Shown here: piece after piece, positions 28,534 to 39,177 of the stretch
Position numbering within the stretch: position 1 is the first letter of the stretch
How the letters are laid out: every line of letters starts with the position of its first letter
NCBI GenBank assembly: GCA_964644695.1
Contig: CAZXWN010000016.1
Span: forward strand, 1-57,238
Source: an uncultured bacterium
GTDB lineage: Bacteria > UBP4 > UBA4092
Direction: 5' to 3'
DNA length: 57,238 nt
Notes under the pieces: model-generated
The model's database searches: none
Seen by the model: only the letters and a program-made list of their open reading frames with translations
What the model was told of the DNA's origin: nothing
Translations under genes and position numbers: made by a program

Positions 28534-31524
28534 TCAATCCATCAAATTATTCCACAGGGGCGCTGCTGTAGGACCGACAAACGGAGTCATGTCATAAGCA
28601 GCCATGCCATTGTTGGTTTTCATGACATACAGGGTTGCCGTAATCGGGTCATAACACACGTTCCCGGCCAGATTTGTATTCGGGTTTGTGGAGGGGAAAA
28701 GAGCCGCGCCTCTCAATACCGGATGATTTTCCGACCATTGATATATCAAAGCACCGTTAACGGTCGTGGAAACACCTGTCGAAAGGAGATAAGGTCCGGC
28801 ATCCAGATGAATCAGGGAACCCATATAATCTTCCATATTCTGCGCCACTAAAGACGTTCCTAATCCACTGACAAACCCCTCATTATTTACCGCAGAGAGT
28901 TGCCAGGAGCTCCCACTCTTCATAACCCGATACAGTTCACTCTGACTGCCTTTTAAGAGAAGAGAAGAAGCCGATTCTACGCCAACGCCATAGATTCCAT
29001 AACTGCCCACGGTAACAGAAGATAAATTAACCGTTTCCGATAACCCAAACTGCGCTCCATTTCCAGTGGTCAATACATGGAACCTGATATGGGATTCTGA
29101 ACTGGTAACAAATAATTTCGTTTCCGCTCCACTGCCCCAGGCTCGGACCACTCGGCCTGCATAGGAAGGAAGGCTGATTTGCGCCGCCAGAGAACAAGTG
29201 GCGGTTTCATTCGCCCACTGGTAGATACGGAATTGCGTACTGTCATAATTACAGGCGTAAATGACACCATCTGCCGCCACATCAAGAGACATCAGATTTC
29301 GGTATCCACCCATCAAACCGGTATTATCCAGTCGGCCTAAATCAGAACCGTCCACACTGTTCATAATGTGGATACTCTGAGTACTATCATTGGAAATCAG
29401 GAGATGTCGTGTTGTGGGATTGAATGCCATGTCCCGGCAATTATCTCCACTGGGCGTAAACCAGCTCGGCGGATTCCCTATCCGGTTTTCCACTGTCACA
29501 TCGTAATGCCGACTCCAACGAGCCATCATTTTTTGAATCGTTGTTTGAACGGGAGTATCCACTGACAATGTAATCGGTAACCGGTTAAAGGGGTCAAAGG
29601 CTTTATCAATAGTAACCGCTAACTGTTCTTTTTTAACCACGGAAGACGGCAGGAATTGACTGTTTTCAGCCCAACCCTGAGTACATCGTAATTGACGGAA
29701 ATACTGGATGGCTTTGAACAAGGGCATCCCGGCAGTCACATCTGTGTAATAGGGCGTAGATGTTTGGGGTTCCGGGCTTCCCGACAACTGCCATACGGCT
29801 CCAGCCAATGCATCACGCGTCAAACTTATTCCTGTTGTGTCCCAGATATATTGGGTGGTTAGGACATCCACGGCCAATGCCCGGCGCAGAGCCAACGCGC
29901 CATCATAATAGGTCATTGTGGCAGATGGATCAAAATAACAGGATTTCAACCAGCTGCTGGTAATGTCCCTTGCGCGAAGCGCCCCCGCCACCGATACCCT
30001 CTGGATAGGCTGATACGCCCAATATGTACTACTGACGTCTTTGAAGGGCATCAGCATGGAACCATAATTGAGCAGCACCTGCTGTAACTGACGAACATTG
30101 ACTTGTCGGGGCTGAATACTAGACTGACAGCTTAACGCCGCTGCTGCACCAGCCGCCTGACCGGTCAACATCACGATCGGTTGAAGACGGGTACTCCCAT
30201 TCACAATATGGCTTGCAGAAATGTTTTTATCACAAGCCATAAATCCGTCTTTACCTTCAGGAATCAGAGTACCATAGGGGATAGTGGGGCTTTGGCTGGC
30301 AGGATAATGCTCTCCCATATTACGATAAGGATTGTCCGCATCATTCACAAAAATAGCGTGGTGATGGTCAATAGAATAATCTCCCACGGCAATACTGGTC
30401 TTATAAAGTGGAGGGAGATTGTTGTCATACCGATTAACAACATCCTGTTGTCTGTAAGTGACCAGACCCTGCATTCTACGGGCTTCCCGAACATAGGGGA
30501 TATGAGGCAAATAGTCCGGAGTCTCATATTCATCCGTAGCTAAACCAATTTGAGGATGTCCATTCGTCTGAATGTAATAAAGAAATCCCAAGGTAATGTT
30601 CTTGGCTCTTTGTAGTGCAGTCTGTCTTGCGTAAGGAGTCATTTCATGTGGAATCACATCCGCATCATTCCCATGGAAGGGCCAATTGATCATATATTTG
30701 TTATTGGGGAGTTTCCCATAACTAATCATGGAAGCCCAGGTGTGAAGGGTGTGGTAATGAATCGTTGTATCGGTACACGGCTCCTTGAAACTTCCATCGT
30801 ATAGGGATGCGTCATAATCGGGAGGTTGAGGAATTAATGTAGTGGGTGTTCCATAATCTTTAAATACCGCACAGTAAGTCAGGTCCTGTACCAGCATATC
30901 CGTCGTATCTTCTGCGGCGGATTCACCAAAGGTAGATTTCGCATCACGTCCTAATCGGTAAGGGATTCCGGCCAGAGGAAGAAGGTCTCCATACTCAGTA
31001 CCATCCAGAGTGACATGGGCTCTGATTTCGACAGTATCCCCGGATGAAGTAACGATGACAGCACCCTTGATAGTATTTTGACTTTGGATAACACTGATAC
31101 AAGTCGAATTGTAGTAAGTCTGGATATTGCCCGTAGTCGAAACCAGTTGCTGCCAGGCCCAGTTCCCGGCTTTAGGTTCAAAACAAAATACGCTGACCCA
31201 GGCCCCAGTCTTAACAGCATTTGCATTCCCACCATAGTATTGTATTATTTTATTGTTTACATCCTTATAGATACCCGTTTCCAGAGTTCCTTGATTCCCA
31301 TCATAACAACTCACGGCAGCAGAACTCATCATGCCGCCCAGCCATGGCGTTTCTTCTACGAGGATAACCTTTACCCCCATCCGTCCGGCTTGAACGGCAG
31401 CCGCCGCACCTCCACAGCCACCCCCAACAACTAAAACATCCGTCGTAACAACACTATAGGTCCAGCCAAAACTGGTCAGAAGGAGAAATATAAGGGAGAC
31501 TATTAAACTCGATAGTTTCTTCAT
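28534..31524 (-). CDS. Secreted FAD-dependent oxidoreductase with SLH-like domains and a C-terminal beta-propeller-like region
   Basis: Signal peptide, DVLVVGGGCGG, YVREARR, NGSTRLQP; SLH-like segments FKDVSSTYWAY and YTDV...FLPSSVVKKEQLA. Confidence 0.82.
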   Translation of the reverse strand: MKKLSSLIVSLIFLLLTSFGWTYSVVTTDVLVVGGGCGGAAAAVQAGRMGVKVILVEETPWLGGMMSSAAVSCYDGNQGTLETGIYKDVNNKIIQYYGGNANAVKTGAWVSVFCFEPKAGNWAWQQLVSTTGNIQTYYNSTCISVIQSQNTIKGAVIVTSSGDTVEIRAHVTLDGTEYGDLLPLAGIPYRLGRDAKSTFGESAAEDTTDMLVQDLTYCAVFKDYGTPTTLIPQPPDYDASLYDGSFKEPCTDTTIHYHTLHTWASMISYGKLPNNKYMINWPFHGNDADVIPHEMTPYARQTALQRAKNITLGFLYYIQTNGHPQIGLATDEYETPDYLPHIPYVREARRMQGLVTYRQQDVVNRYDNNLPPLYKTSIAVGDYSIDHHHAIFVNDADNPYRNMGEHYPASQSPTIPYGTLIPEGKDGFMACDKNISASHIVNGSTRLQPIVMLTGQAAGAAAALSCQSSIQPRQVNVRQLQQVLLNYGSMLMPFKDVSSTYWAYQPIQRVSVAGALRARDITSSWLKSCYFDPSATMTYYDGALALRRALAVDVLTTQYIWDTTGISLTRDALAGAVWQLSGSPEPQTSTPYYTDVTAGMPLFKAIQYFRQLRCTQGWAENSQFLPSSVVKKEQLAVTIDKAFDPFNRLPITLSVDTPVQTTIQKMMARWSRHYDVTVENRIGNPPSWFTPSGDNCRDMAFNPTTRHLLISNDSTQSIHIMNSVDGSDLGRLDNTGLMGGYRNLMSLDVAADGVIYACNYDSTQFRIYQWANETATCSLAAQISLPSYAGRVVRAWGSGAETKLFVTSSESHIRFHVLTTGNGAQFGLSETVNLSSVTVGSYGIYGVGVESASSLLLKGSQSELYRVMKSGSSWQLSAVNNEGFVSGLGTSLVAQNMEDYMGSLIHLDAGPYLLSTGVSTTVNGALIYQWSENHPVLRGAALFPSTNPNTNLAGNVCYDPITATLYVMKTNNGMAAYDMTPFVGPTAAPLWNNLMD

Positions 31525-31636
31525 TATGGGGAAAAACCCTTTCTTAAATTTACACTAGAAGTATAGGATTTTCACGGTCATTCGTAAAGAATAAATAACC
31601 CCTGACATCCAACTTGCCGGCGAACCACATCACAAC

Positions 31637-31669
31637 AAAAACGGCCCTCCGGAATATCCAGAAGGCCGT
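31637..31669 (-). terminator. Intrinsic terminator after the GHL10 gene
   Basis: ACGGCCTTCTGGA-TAT-TCCGGAGGGCCGT followed by TTTT on the minus strand. Confidence 0.75.
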
Positions 31670-31689
31670 CAGGTTTTATCTAAGACAAA

Positions 31690-33159
31690 TTATTGGGCAT
31701 TGACCCGCTCACTCTCATTATTTAACCGGTCAAGGGCAGACACTGCAAACTTAGCACTGGGACTACCGGCTTCCGTCAGTGAGATGGTCAGGCTTGATTC
31801 CCGGGCAGGAATCACTTTTAACAAAGTATAAGTCGAATTCATTCTCTTATAAACAGCCCACCGGTAGGTCGATGAATCTAAAGAAGAACTCCATTGTAAC
31901 CGGTGGTTACCCAGGCTATCAACCGTCCATTGGACATTCTCCGGAGCGGCAGGAGCGGTATCTTCCTTCCAAGGCATGGCCGGTGTCAATGCCAGTCGTG
32001 GGAAACACGACATTCGGAAACTCTCCGCCAGACTATTATTTCTTACTAATGCTCGGGCACTATAAAAAACTATCCCCTGCGCACCTAATTCACGGGTGAC
32101 TTGGATCCTCCGGATTCCCTCTTGAATGGATGGAGCTTCGGCCGCCGGCCCACCTTGAACAATGTTGGATCCGGCATACACATGCCTGTTCTGAGTATTC
32201 TGTTCCATCCACCATTGCAAAATACGGCTATAACTTTGCTTCGGCGCATCAATGTTCCAGTAGATTTGGGGCGTCAAATAATCCACCCAACCTTCCTGTA
32301 ACCACTTCCTTGAATCCGAATATAAAGATTTATATGACTCTAACCCAGCAATTCCAGTGGGATAACCATTCTGCCAAATACCAAAAGGCGAAACACCAAA
32401 TTTAACCCAGAGTTTTTCTGCTTTGATAGTTTCCCCGACCTCTTTGATCATCTTGTTGACGTTATCTCGCCGCCAGTCATCTTTTCTTAAATTTCCACCC
32501 TGGCTGATATAAGCCTGATACTCTTTACTGTCATCAAACTCCAGACCCCGTTTGGGATAGGGATAGAAATAATCATCAAAATGAATACCGTCCACATCAT
32601 ACCGACTCACAATATCTGAAACAATCATTTTGATGTATTCCACAGATCCGTCAGCTCCCGGATTGATATATAAAGAACCACCGTACTCTTTCACTAGTTC
32701 AGGATGCGTTTTTGAAATGTGATTGCGTGCCTTTTGAGTCGTAGCAGTAACACCGGCCCGATAGGGATTCAACCAGGCATGGACTTCCAGCCCTCGTTCA
32801 TGTCCCGCATTAACCGCAAACGACAGTGGATCCCAAAGCGGTTGTGGGGCCTTCCCCTGAGTCCCCGTTAACCATGATGACCAAGGTTCATAAGTGGACT
32901 GATAAAGAGCATCGCCTTCGGGTCGTACTTGGAACATCACAGCATTTAAACGCAAGGAAGTGGCCTTATCCAGAATATCCAGGAGAGCTTTTTGCTGCAT
33001 GGCCGGAGAATCATTTTTATTCGGCCAATCAAGATTCCACACTGTGGTGATCCAGACAGCACGGAACTCCCTATCTGAGTTTTTGGCTGCCCACCCAAAC
33101 GATGTAAAACACCCCCAACACATCAACACACTCAACATAACAACAAATAACTTACGCAT
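31690..33159 (-). CDS. Glycoside hydrolase-like family 10 (YddW/DigH-like) protein with a C-terminal Fn3-like domain
   Basis: EFRAVWITTV, HAWLNPYR, DGIHFDDYFY and PQIYW motifs; signal peptide. Confidence 0.88.
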   Translation of the reverse strand: MRKLFVVMLSVLMCWGCFTSFGWAAKNSDREFRAVWITTVWNLDWPNKNDSPAMQQKALLDILDKATSLRLNAVMFQVRPEGDALYQSTYEPWSSWLTGTQGKAPQPLWDPLSFAVNAGHERGLEVHAWLNPYRAGVTATTQKARNHISKTHPELVKEYGGSLYINPGADGSVEYIKMIVSDIVSRYDVDGIHFDDYFYPYPKRGLEFDDSKEYQAYISQGGNLRKDDWRRDNVNKMIKEVGETIKAEKLWVKFGVSPFGIWQNGYPTGIAGLESYKSLYSDSRKWLQEGWVDYLTPQIYWNIDAPKQSYSRILQWWMEQNTQNRHVYAGSNIVQGGPAAEAPSIQEGIRRIQVTRELGAQGIVFYSARALVRNNSLAESFRMSCFPRLALTPAMPWKEDTAPAAPENVQWTVDSLGNHRLQWSSSLDSSTYRWAVYKRMNSTYTLLKVIPARESSLTISLTEAGSPSAKFAVSALDRLNNESERVNAQ

Positions 33160-33206
33160 TATCTGACCATCCTCAAAGATAAAATTATGTAGAGATAACT
33201 ATTTAT

Positions 33207-34256
33207 TTACTTTTCAAGATATTCGCGGAGTATCGGAACCAGTTTATCGGCAATGCCACGATTCCCAATCTCGTTTGGATGAGTTCCGTCAATACTTCCT
33301 TTTTTAGGGTCCAACCATCCATCGGTTTTAATAAAGACAACCTTGGAGTCCTTATCCTTTGTCTGAATTTTAGTGATGGCATTCCGCCATTGTTCTTCAA
33401 ACATTCCCTTGAAGGGTTCCATGACCAAAATCCATGCCTGGGGATGATGACTTCGCAGCTGTTTCAGAAATGCGTAGGCATGAGTCTGAAAAACCAACGG
33501 GTCTGCCATGGGTTCCGAATCATTGGTCCCGAGATTCACCGTTATGATGGCTGGGTCTATTGGTTTACCATCCATCTGGTGTTTCTTAACGGTATTGTTG
33601 ATGCGGTCATAGGCTTTCGGAAGTGTGCCGACATCAGACATTTTGTACAAGTTATGTGACAGCCCAATCCCTGAGATGGCGGTAATAATGGGCTCGACAC
33701 CCAGATCCATTGCCGCCATATATCCATAGGTCAGACGACCATCCCCATTTTTATTGTTATAGGGGCCATGAACAGCAAATCCAGCGGTAATGGAGTCGCC
33801 AATAAATTCAATACTTTTAGCAGGGCGTGCCGGTGGAGGAAGTACCTTTTCACCGTCTTCAAGGATGAAACCCACCACTCTCATATATCCCCATCCACTC
33901 TCATTCTTTTTGGAAACAATCAGGGTATGTTCACCCTCCGAGAGAATGGAATCTGTCATTTCGAATTCAGTCGCAGTGCCCGGTTCATCGAATCGCCGCC
34001 AATCCTGATTATCAATTCTTATCCACCAGGTATTTTTCGTAGGTTCAAGTAACCTCATTTTGATACGGCGGCCCGTAAACTTAACAACAATGGTAGTACC
34101 CGGCCAATCCAAATTAACTATGCTATTCTCTGAATAGACTCTGCCCCAGTATTGAATACGGGAGTCATTTGCCGGAACAAAGACAGTGGCCTCGGCAGGA
34201 ATCGCCAACCAAAGTAAACTCATCAGAATAAAACAAATCCACAATCCTCTACGCAT
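33207..34256 (-). CDS. SGNH/GDSL carbohydrate esterase (CE2-like)
   Basis: FIGDSITAG, NLGTND and DGTHP motifs; N-terminal YWGR...WPG domain; AAGGAG RBS 6 nt before ATG 34256. Confidence 0.85.
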   Translation of the reverse strand: MRRGLWICFILMSLLWLAIPAEATVFVPANDSRIQYWGRVYSENSIVNLDWPGTTIVVKFTGRRIKMRLLEPTKNTWWIRIDNQDWRRFDEPGTATEFEMTDSILSEGEHTLIVSKKNESGWGYMRVVGFILEDGEKVLPPPARPAKSIEFIGDSITAGFAVHGPYNNKNGDGRLTYGYMAAMDLGVEPIITAISGIGLSHNLYKMSDVGTLPKAYDRINNTVKKHQMDGKPIDPAIITVNLGTNDSEPMADPLVFQTHAYAFLKQLRSHHPQAWILVMEPFKGMFEEQWRNAITKIQTKDKDSKVVFIKTDGWLDPKKGSIDGTHPNEIGNRGIADKLVPILREYLEK

Positions 34257-34271
34257 GACAAACTCCTTCAT

Positions 34272-34598
34272 TTACTTTTTAATCAAAACCAATAATGTGG
34301 CCGCCAAAAACCAGGCACCTAAGGCCGTTAATACCGCGGGCACAGGCCGTATCTTATAACTCATGATATATAACACTGCGGCAAAACAAAGCCACACCGG
34401 AATAGACCAAACACTCCACCAGATGGTCTGTCTCATCTTTTCTACCTGACCGGATTGACTCATAAAAAAGAAGGTCGGCAAACTGATGATTGGGAAAAAC
34501 AGGAGTATTCCACCCAGGTAACTATATCGTGTTCCGGATAGCCAGAGAATGATTCCGGCAAATACACCACTCATCACAGCTTTCAAGATAATGTCCAT
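34272..34598 (-). CDS. Small GlpM/DUF3147-like membrane protein
   Basis: 108 aa, about 4 TM segments, YLGGILLFFP motif. Confidence 0.6.
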   Translation of the reverse strand: MDIILKAVMSGVFAGIILWLSGTRYSYLGGILLFFPIISLPTFFFMSQSGQVEKMRQTIWWSVWSIPVWLCFAAVLYIMSYKIRPVPAVLTALGAWFLAATLLVLIKK

Positions 34599-34749
34599 AA
34601 TGTAGATATTATAATGCAGGTACATCCCTGATGAATTTTATTTATCTTGCATGTGAATACCCAGCAACCCTCTCCAAAATTCAACCAAGGTATCATTGAC
34701 AAAGAAAGGTACCCGGTTTAGATTGGGGGGATACGAACAGGAGATTGTA

Positions 34750-36114
34750 ATGCCACGATATTGGATGATTATTTTAATCGGGATCCTGCTGGTCATAATC
34801 AGTGGTGCGAAACCGTCCGAATTCGGGCCCGAGATACCTGTTTGTATTGCGGATGGGAATCAGGGGTTCCCTGTTTCCGTAACCAATGGAGATTCAGGTT
34901 ATTTTGTAGTCTGGCAGGACAAACGGCAATCCAGTCTGGATATCTATGCCCAACACATTAACAGTAATGGCGAATCTTTGTGGCGTTCTGGCGGAATCTC
35001 TGTTTGTCAAAACCCGGGGAGGCAAGAGTACCCTCTGGCTGTTGAGGATGGACAAGGGGGCATCTTTGTAGTCTGGCAGGATATGCAGTCCAGAGACCGT
35101 TATTTTTATCTGCAGCACCTGACGGCAAAGGGCCATCGAAAGTGGGCCAACTCGGGTGTTCCCTTAACCAAAACCAGCCCCATGCAAGTTAAAGCATGGT
35201 TACTTCGTGATAAAACAGGAAACCTGTATCTTGCCTGGAAAGAAATATTTAAAACTCAAACTCGGTTTTTTCTAAATCGGATAAACACTGAAACAGGAAC
35301 GCTGGCCTGGAAAAAACCAATGCAAATATCCTCGACACCTCGAAGTAACGGGGATCCCAAATTTATCATGGATTATCCAGACCAAATAATCCTTTTGTAT
35401 CAAATCAAAGGGGTAGAAGAAAACAGTATTTATATTCAGAAAATCAGTCCCACCGGACAACGGAAGTGGGGTCCCTATGGCATTAAAGTAGCGGATACCC
35501 TCATGGATACTTCCTCTCTCTCAGCAGTACCTGACGGAACTGGGGGCGTGATTGTCGTTTGGGACAATCCAACAGATTATTATTACGGTGTTTATGCCCA
35601 GAGGTTTAACATGGACGGTATGACTCTCTGGGGAAACAATCCCATATTGGCAGGAACCGAACAAGAAGGGTTATTCTTCCCAATAGCAACATCTGACGGA
35701 CAGGGAGGTGTTTTGGTCGTGTGGAACATTGTCCGCCCCTCACAAAAAGAATGTGGACTGGGGATACAGGCTATCAACCGGGACGGCAGTTATAAGTGGA
35801 ATAAGAAATCCATTGAGGCTGTAAACCTGAAAGGCGACAGAATCACAGATTCACTCCTGACCCCGGATGGCAGTGGGGGCGCAATCATTGTATGGTCCGA
35901 TGACCGCAGAGGTAATTTTGACTTGTATCAACAGCATATTTCACTCACAGGCAAACTCATCTATCCATTAAACGGGTCTCCTCTGGTTATAGAGACCAGT
36001 CAACAAATTTACCCCCATATCATGTCCAGACCGAATGGTACAGGCTTGCTGTACTGGTGGGATTTTCGCCGGCAACAGTATGATATCTTTGCCCGAATAC
36101 TGAATACTGACTAA
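34750..36114 (+). CDS. Secreted beta-propeller-like repeat protein
   Basis: Signal peptide; repeated DGxGGxxVVW...Y(A/L)Q(H/R) blades; AGGAG RBS before ATG 34750. Confidence 0.75.
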   Translation: MPRYWMIILIGILLVIISGAKPSEFGPEIPVCIADGNQGFPVSVTNGDSGYFVVWQDKRQSSLDIYAQHINSNGESLWRSGGISVCQNPGRQEYPLAVEDGQGGIFVVWQDMQSRDRYFYLQHLTAKGHRKWANSGVPLTKTSPMQVKAWLLRDKTGNLYLAWKEIFKTQTRFFLNRINTETGTLAWKKPMQISSTPRSNGDPKFIMDYPDQIILLYQIKGVEENSIYIQKISPTGQRKWGPYGIKVADTLMDTSSLSAVPDGTGGVIVVWDNPTDYYYGVYAQRFNMDGMTLWGNNPILAGTEQEGLFFPIATSDGQGGVLVVWNIVRPSQKECGLGIQAINRDGSYKWNKKSIEAVNLKGDRITDSLLTPDGSGGAIIVWSDDRRGNFDLYQQHISLTGKLIYPLNGSPLVIETSQQIYPHIMSRPNGTGLLYWWDFRRQQYDIFARILNTD

Positions 36115-36214
36115 TCAACTTTCCTTTACTATCAATTATTTACCTATGCTTCTAATACCAGTAATGCTAAAATGAGCCGTGGATATTTTAGACAAAAACG
36201 GAGGCGTGTCAATT

Positions 36215-37273
36215 ATGCAATTAAGAAGAACTATCAGTATTTGTTTGGCTATTTTAGGGATTGCCAGCTTATCTTTGGCTCAACCCAAACCTAAAGTTCC
36301 TGTAAATTTCATCTATACCGAAGGTGAAACCGCAAAGGTTAAAGTCAATGTCATTGGAGATGGCACTTTAAAATTTGCGACGAATGACCCCAATTTGAAA
36401 TCAATGGGATTAGACTCAGCTATCCCGGTTAATTTGAGTGTTGGGATGCTTGCTGAAGTATCCACACTGTCTGTTACCCCGGATGGAACAGGGACTTTCA
36501 ATCTTGCCTTAAAAAACCCAGACATCAATGTAAATGTACTGGGACAGCGTATCCAGATGACAGAAAAGGGCGGGGAATTCAAAACTTTTCTAAACGGGAA
36601 AGAAATGGACACCAGAGGGTCCGACTCAACCAAAGCTGCGACTCCCAATCCTTTCAAGGATGCCGTCATGCAGTTCACCGTAGATTCTAAAGGCAAAGTT
36701 CTTAATTATGAAAACTCCATGTATAAAGAATTAGAGAAAGATCCCGCCTTTAGTGACCTCCAGAGTCAAATGAAAAATTACATGATGAAAATGAACCGTC
36801 GTTTCATCCCGATGGATGAAATCGGTATTGGGGATACATGGGCAGACACCACCCGATTTGAGGATATCCCACTGCCGATAAAATTCTCAAAACCACTGCA
36901 AATTATCACCAAGTATCAAGTTAAAGATATAAAAGATGTGAATGGTGAAAAAGTAGCCGTCATTGATTACAAGACGAAAAATGATTTTACCGGAACATCC
37001 ATGAGCTTTGATTTCTCCAAATTCGGAAAATCAGCCGGTGCCATGGCTCCCATGCCCATGAATGGTGATTTAAAATTCACCTTCAAAAAAGCCGCATTTG
37101 AACAAAGCGGCCAAATGCAAGTCGGCTTAGGTAAATCTCGAGTCGCAAAAATCAGCCAGCAAATCATTGCCGATTTTGTTATCGGTATTGACATGAACAT
37201 TATGGATAAACCCATGAACATGGATATCCAGGCCAAGGGAAAAATGCTGGTCTTAATCGAAAACCAGAACTAA
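36215..37273 (+). CDS. Secreted hypothetical beta-rich protein
   Basis: GGAGG RBS, signal peptide ending SLA, IGDTW motif. Confidence 0.75.
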   Translation: MQLRRTISICLAILGIASLSLAQPKPKVPVNFIYTEGETAKVKVNVIGDGTLKFATNDPNLKSMGLDSAIPVNLSVGMLAEVSTLSVTPDGTGTFNLALKNPDINVNVLGQRIQMTEKGGEFKTFLNGKEMDTRGSDSTKAATPNPFKDAVMQFTVDSKGKVLNYENSMYKELEKDPAFSDLQSQMKNYMMKMNRRFIPMDEIGIGDTWADTTRFEDIPLPIKFSKPLQIITKYQVKDIKDVNGEKVAVIDYKTKNDFTGTSMSFDFSKFGKSAGAMAPMPMNGDLKFTFKKAAFEQSGQMQVGLGKSRVAKISQQIIADFVIGIDMNIMDKPMNMDIQAKGKMLVLIENQN

Positions 37274-37289
37274 ACACGGTCAACGATAC

Positions 37290-37330
37290 AAAAAACCGGG
37301 ATTCAGTTCAACTGAATCCCGGTTTTATTT
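37290..37330. terminator. Bidirectional intrinsic terminator
   Basis: aaaaccgggattcagt/actgaatcccggtttt inverted repeat between convergent genes. Confidence 0.85.
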
Positions 37331-37351
37331 ATGCCAAAAGTCTTTATGTTT

Positions 37352-37398
37352 AACGAACAAACCACGGACCTGCTCCGAGCAGCTCCGTGAATGATTCA
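37352..37398. repeat. REP-like palindromic intergenic repeat, copy 3
   Basis: aacgaacaaac-cacggacctgctc-c-gagcagctccgtg-aatgattca. Confidence 0.7.
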
Positions 37399-37436
37399 GT
37401 AAAGGGTAAGAATCAAACTCTGGCTTTGGGGGTATA

Positions 37437-39062
37437 TTAATGGGTGTTTTCGCCGATAACGGCTCGTGCAATCGACGCCGTATGAGAATCAATCATTCGG
37501 AGGTTCGTAAGAAGGTCCAGATGGATTTCACTGGTCTCAATGGATTCCGCAAGCCCCTGGCGTAACCGTTCAATATGTTTTAGACGGTAAACCCGTTCCT
37601 GCTGAGAATTGGCTTGTTTATTATGTACGACTTGTCGGGCCAAATCTTTATCATTATTTGCAAAAGCCGTAATGGCCATCCGGTAATTGGAAAAGACCTG
37701 TTGATAAAGATCCATAATATCGTTCCAACCTGGCTCAGAAAATCTTCCACCCAACTGTTTTTTCTTTTGGGCAATTCCCATAATATTCTTTGAAACCAAG
37801 TCAGCTGTATTTTCCAGTCGGGTGGCAATAGTCAAAATTCCCACCTGACGGTGTGCCTGACTCGTTGTTAAGGGCCGATCTGAACCCACCTGAATCAAAT
37901 AATGTTTAATGGCTTCTTCCAACGTATCCACTTTTTCTTCCAAGGAAAATATTTCTTTGAATAATTTGTCCGTGGGTTGTGTAAAACACTCAGGGATATT
38001 TCGGAGGATTCGTTCGACAGCATTGGCCAGTCGAAGGGTTTCCCGAACAGATTCGCCTAAGGCAACGCTCGGATTCTCAATAAACATATCATCCAGAAAC
38101 CGGGGCTGGTTATCATCTGCCTTTTCAGATTTATCTGGAACCAGTATCCGGCCTGCTTTTGCCAGTAGGCCCGTCATAGGCAGGAAAACAAGCGCCGTAA
38201 TCACATTAAACAAAGTGTGAGCATTGGCCACCTGACGACCAACATCACTGGAGGTTTGAGCTATCAGCCAGCTGAACTGCTGTAAGAAGATGGCAAAAAA
38301 CAGAACCCCGGCACTTTTTACAATCAGGTTAGCAATGGCTAATCGGCGAGCATCCTGATGTTTACCCAGAGAAGAAACCAAAGCGGTTGCCGTAATACCC
38401 AGATTGGCACCCAATATCAACGGCATCGTCTGAGGTAATGTCATTAACCCATTTAACGCGAAGACTAACGCCAAACCCACGGTCACAGCACTGTTTTGCG
38501 CCATGGCAGTAAATAGGGCCGCAATCATAATTGTATATAAGGGGGTTTGGTTAAAAGCCTGAAGGACTTCTTGAAATAAGGCATTTGACGCTAAAGGTTT
38601 CAGCGCTGTGGACATGACGGATAACGCATAAAATACAAACCCGATTCCCAGGATAACACTACCCACCGAACTAACGGGACGATATCGAGTGACAAGTCGA
38701 GCTAGAATTCCAATAATTATCAATAAAGGCGCATAAGCAAAGACATTGAATGCGATGAGTTGGACAGCGACGGTGCCTCCAATATTCACGCCTAATAGGA
38801 GGGCTATTCCGGTAGCCAGAGTAATGATTCCGGCATTTACCAGGGTGACAATAAGGACAGCCGTTACACTGGAGGATTGGAGGACTCCTGTCAGTGTAAT
38901 GCCTGCCAGAAGACCTTTGAAAGGATTAGAAGTGAATCGGGATAAAGATTTCCGGAACCGAGGTCCAGCAATCGATTGGAGTTCATCTCCCACCAATTGT
39001 GCACCAAAGAGCATCAGGCACAGTCCGGCAATAAGTTGAATTAATGGCAGGTATCCCTGCAT
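37437..39062 (-). CDS. Na+/Pi cotransporter family protein with PhoU-like domains
   Basis: QSSS, GVNIG, GANLG and ANAHTLFN motifs; C-terminal SIETSEIHLDLL. Confidence 0.9.
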   Translation of the reverse strand: MQGYLPLIQLIAGLCLMLFGAQLVGDELQSIAGPRFRKSLSRFTSNPFKGLLAGITLTGVLQSSSVTAVLIVTLVNAGIITLATGIALLLGVNIGGTVAVQLIAFNVFAYAPLLIIIGILARLVTRYRPVSSVGSVILGIGFVFYALSVMSTALKPLASNALFQEVLQAFNQTPLYTIMIAALFTAMAQNSAVTVGLALVFALNGLMTLPQTMPLILGANLGITATALVSSLGKHQDARRLAIANLIVKSAGVLFFAIFLQQFSWLIAQTSSDVGRQVANAHTLFNVITALVFLPMTGLLAKAGRILVPDKSEKADDNQPRFLDDMFIENPSVALGESVRETLRLANAVERILRNIPECFTQPTDKLFKEIFSLEEKVDTLEEAIKHYLIQVGSDRPLTTSQAHRQVGILTIATRLENTADLVSKNIMGIAQKKKQLGGRFSEPGWNDIMDLYQQVFSNYRMAITAFANNDKDLARQVVHNKQANSQQERVYRLKHIERLRQGLAESIETSEIHLDLLTNLRMIDSHTASIARAVIGENTH

Positions 39063-39177
39063 ATTATCCCGACCTCCTTTCCCGATAAAAGGGTAAACAA
39101 TTATTATACTATTATTAACACAGATTTAACACAAATCCCGTTGTAGAATTACAATAGTTCAGTAAGGAGTGTTTGTT

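Noticed and set aside
9634..37398. CRISPR array interpretation of the palindromic repeats
   Set aside because: The copies are single, more than 10 kb apart and degenerate, with no spacers or cas genes.
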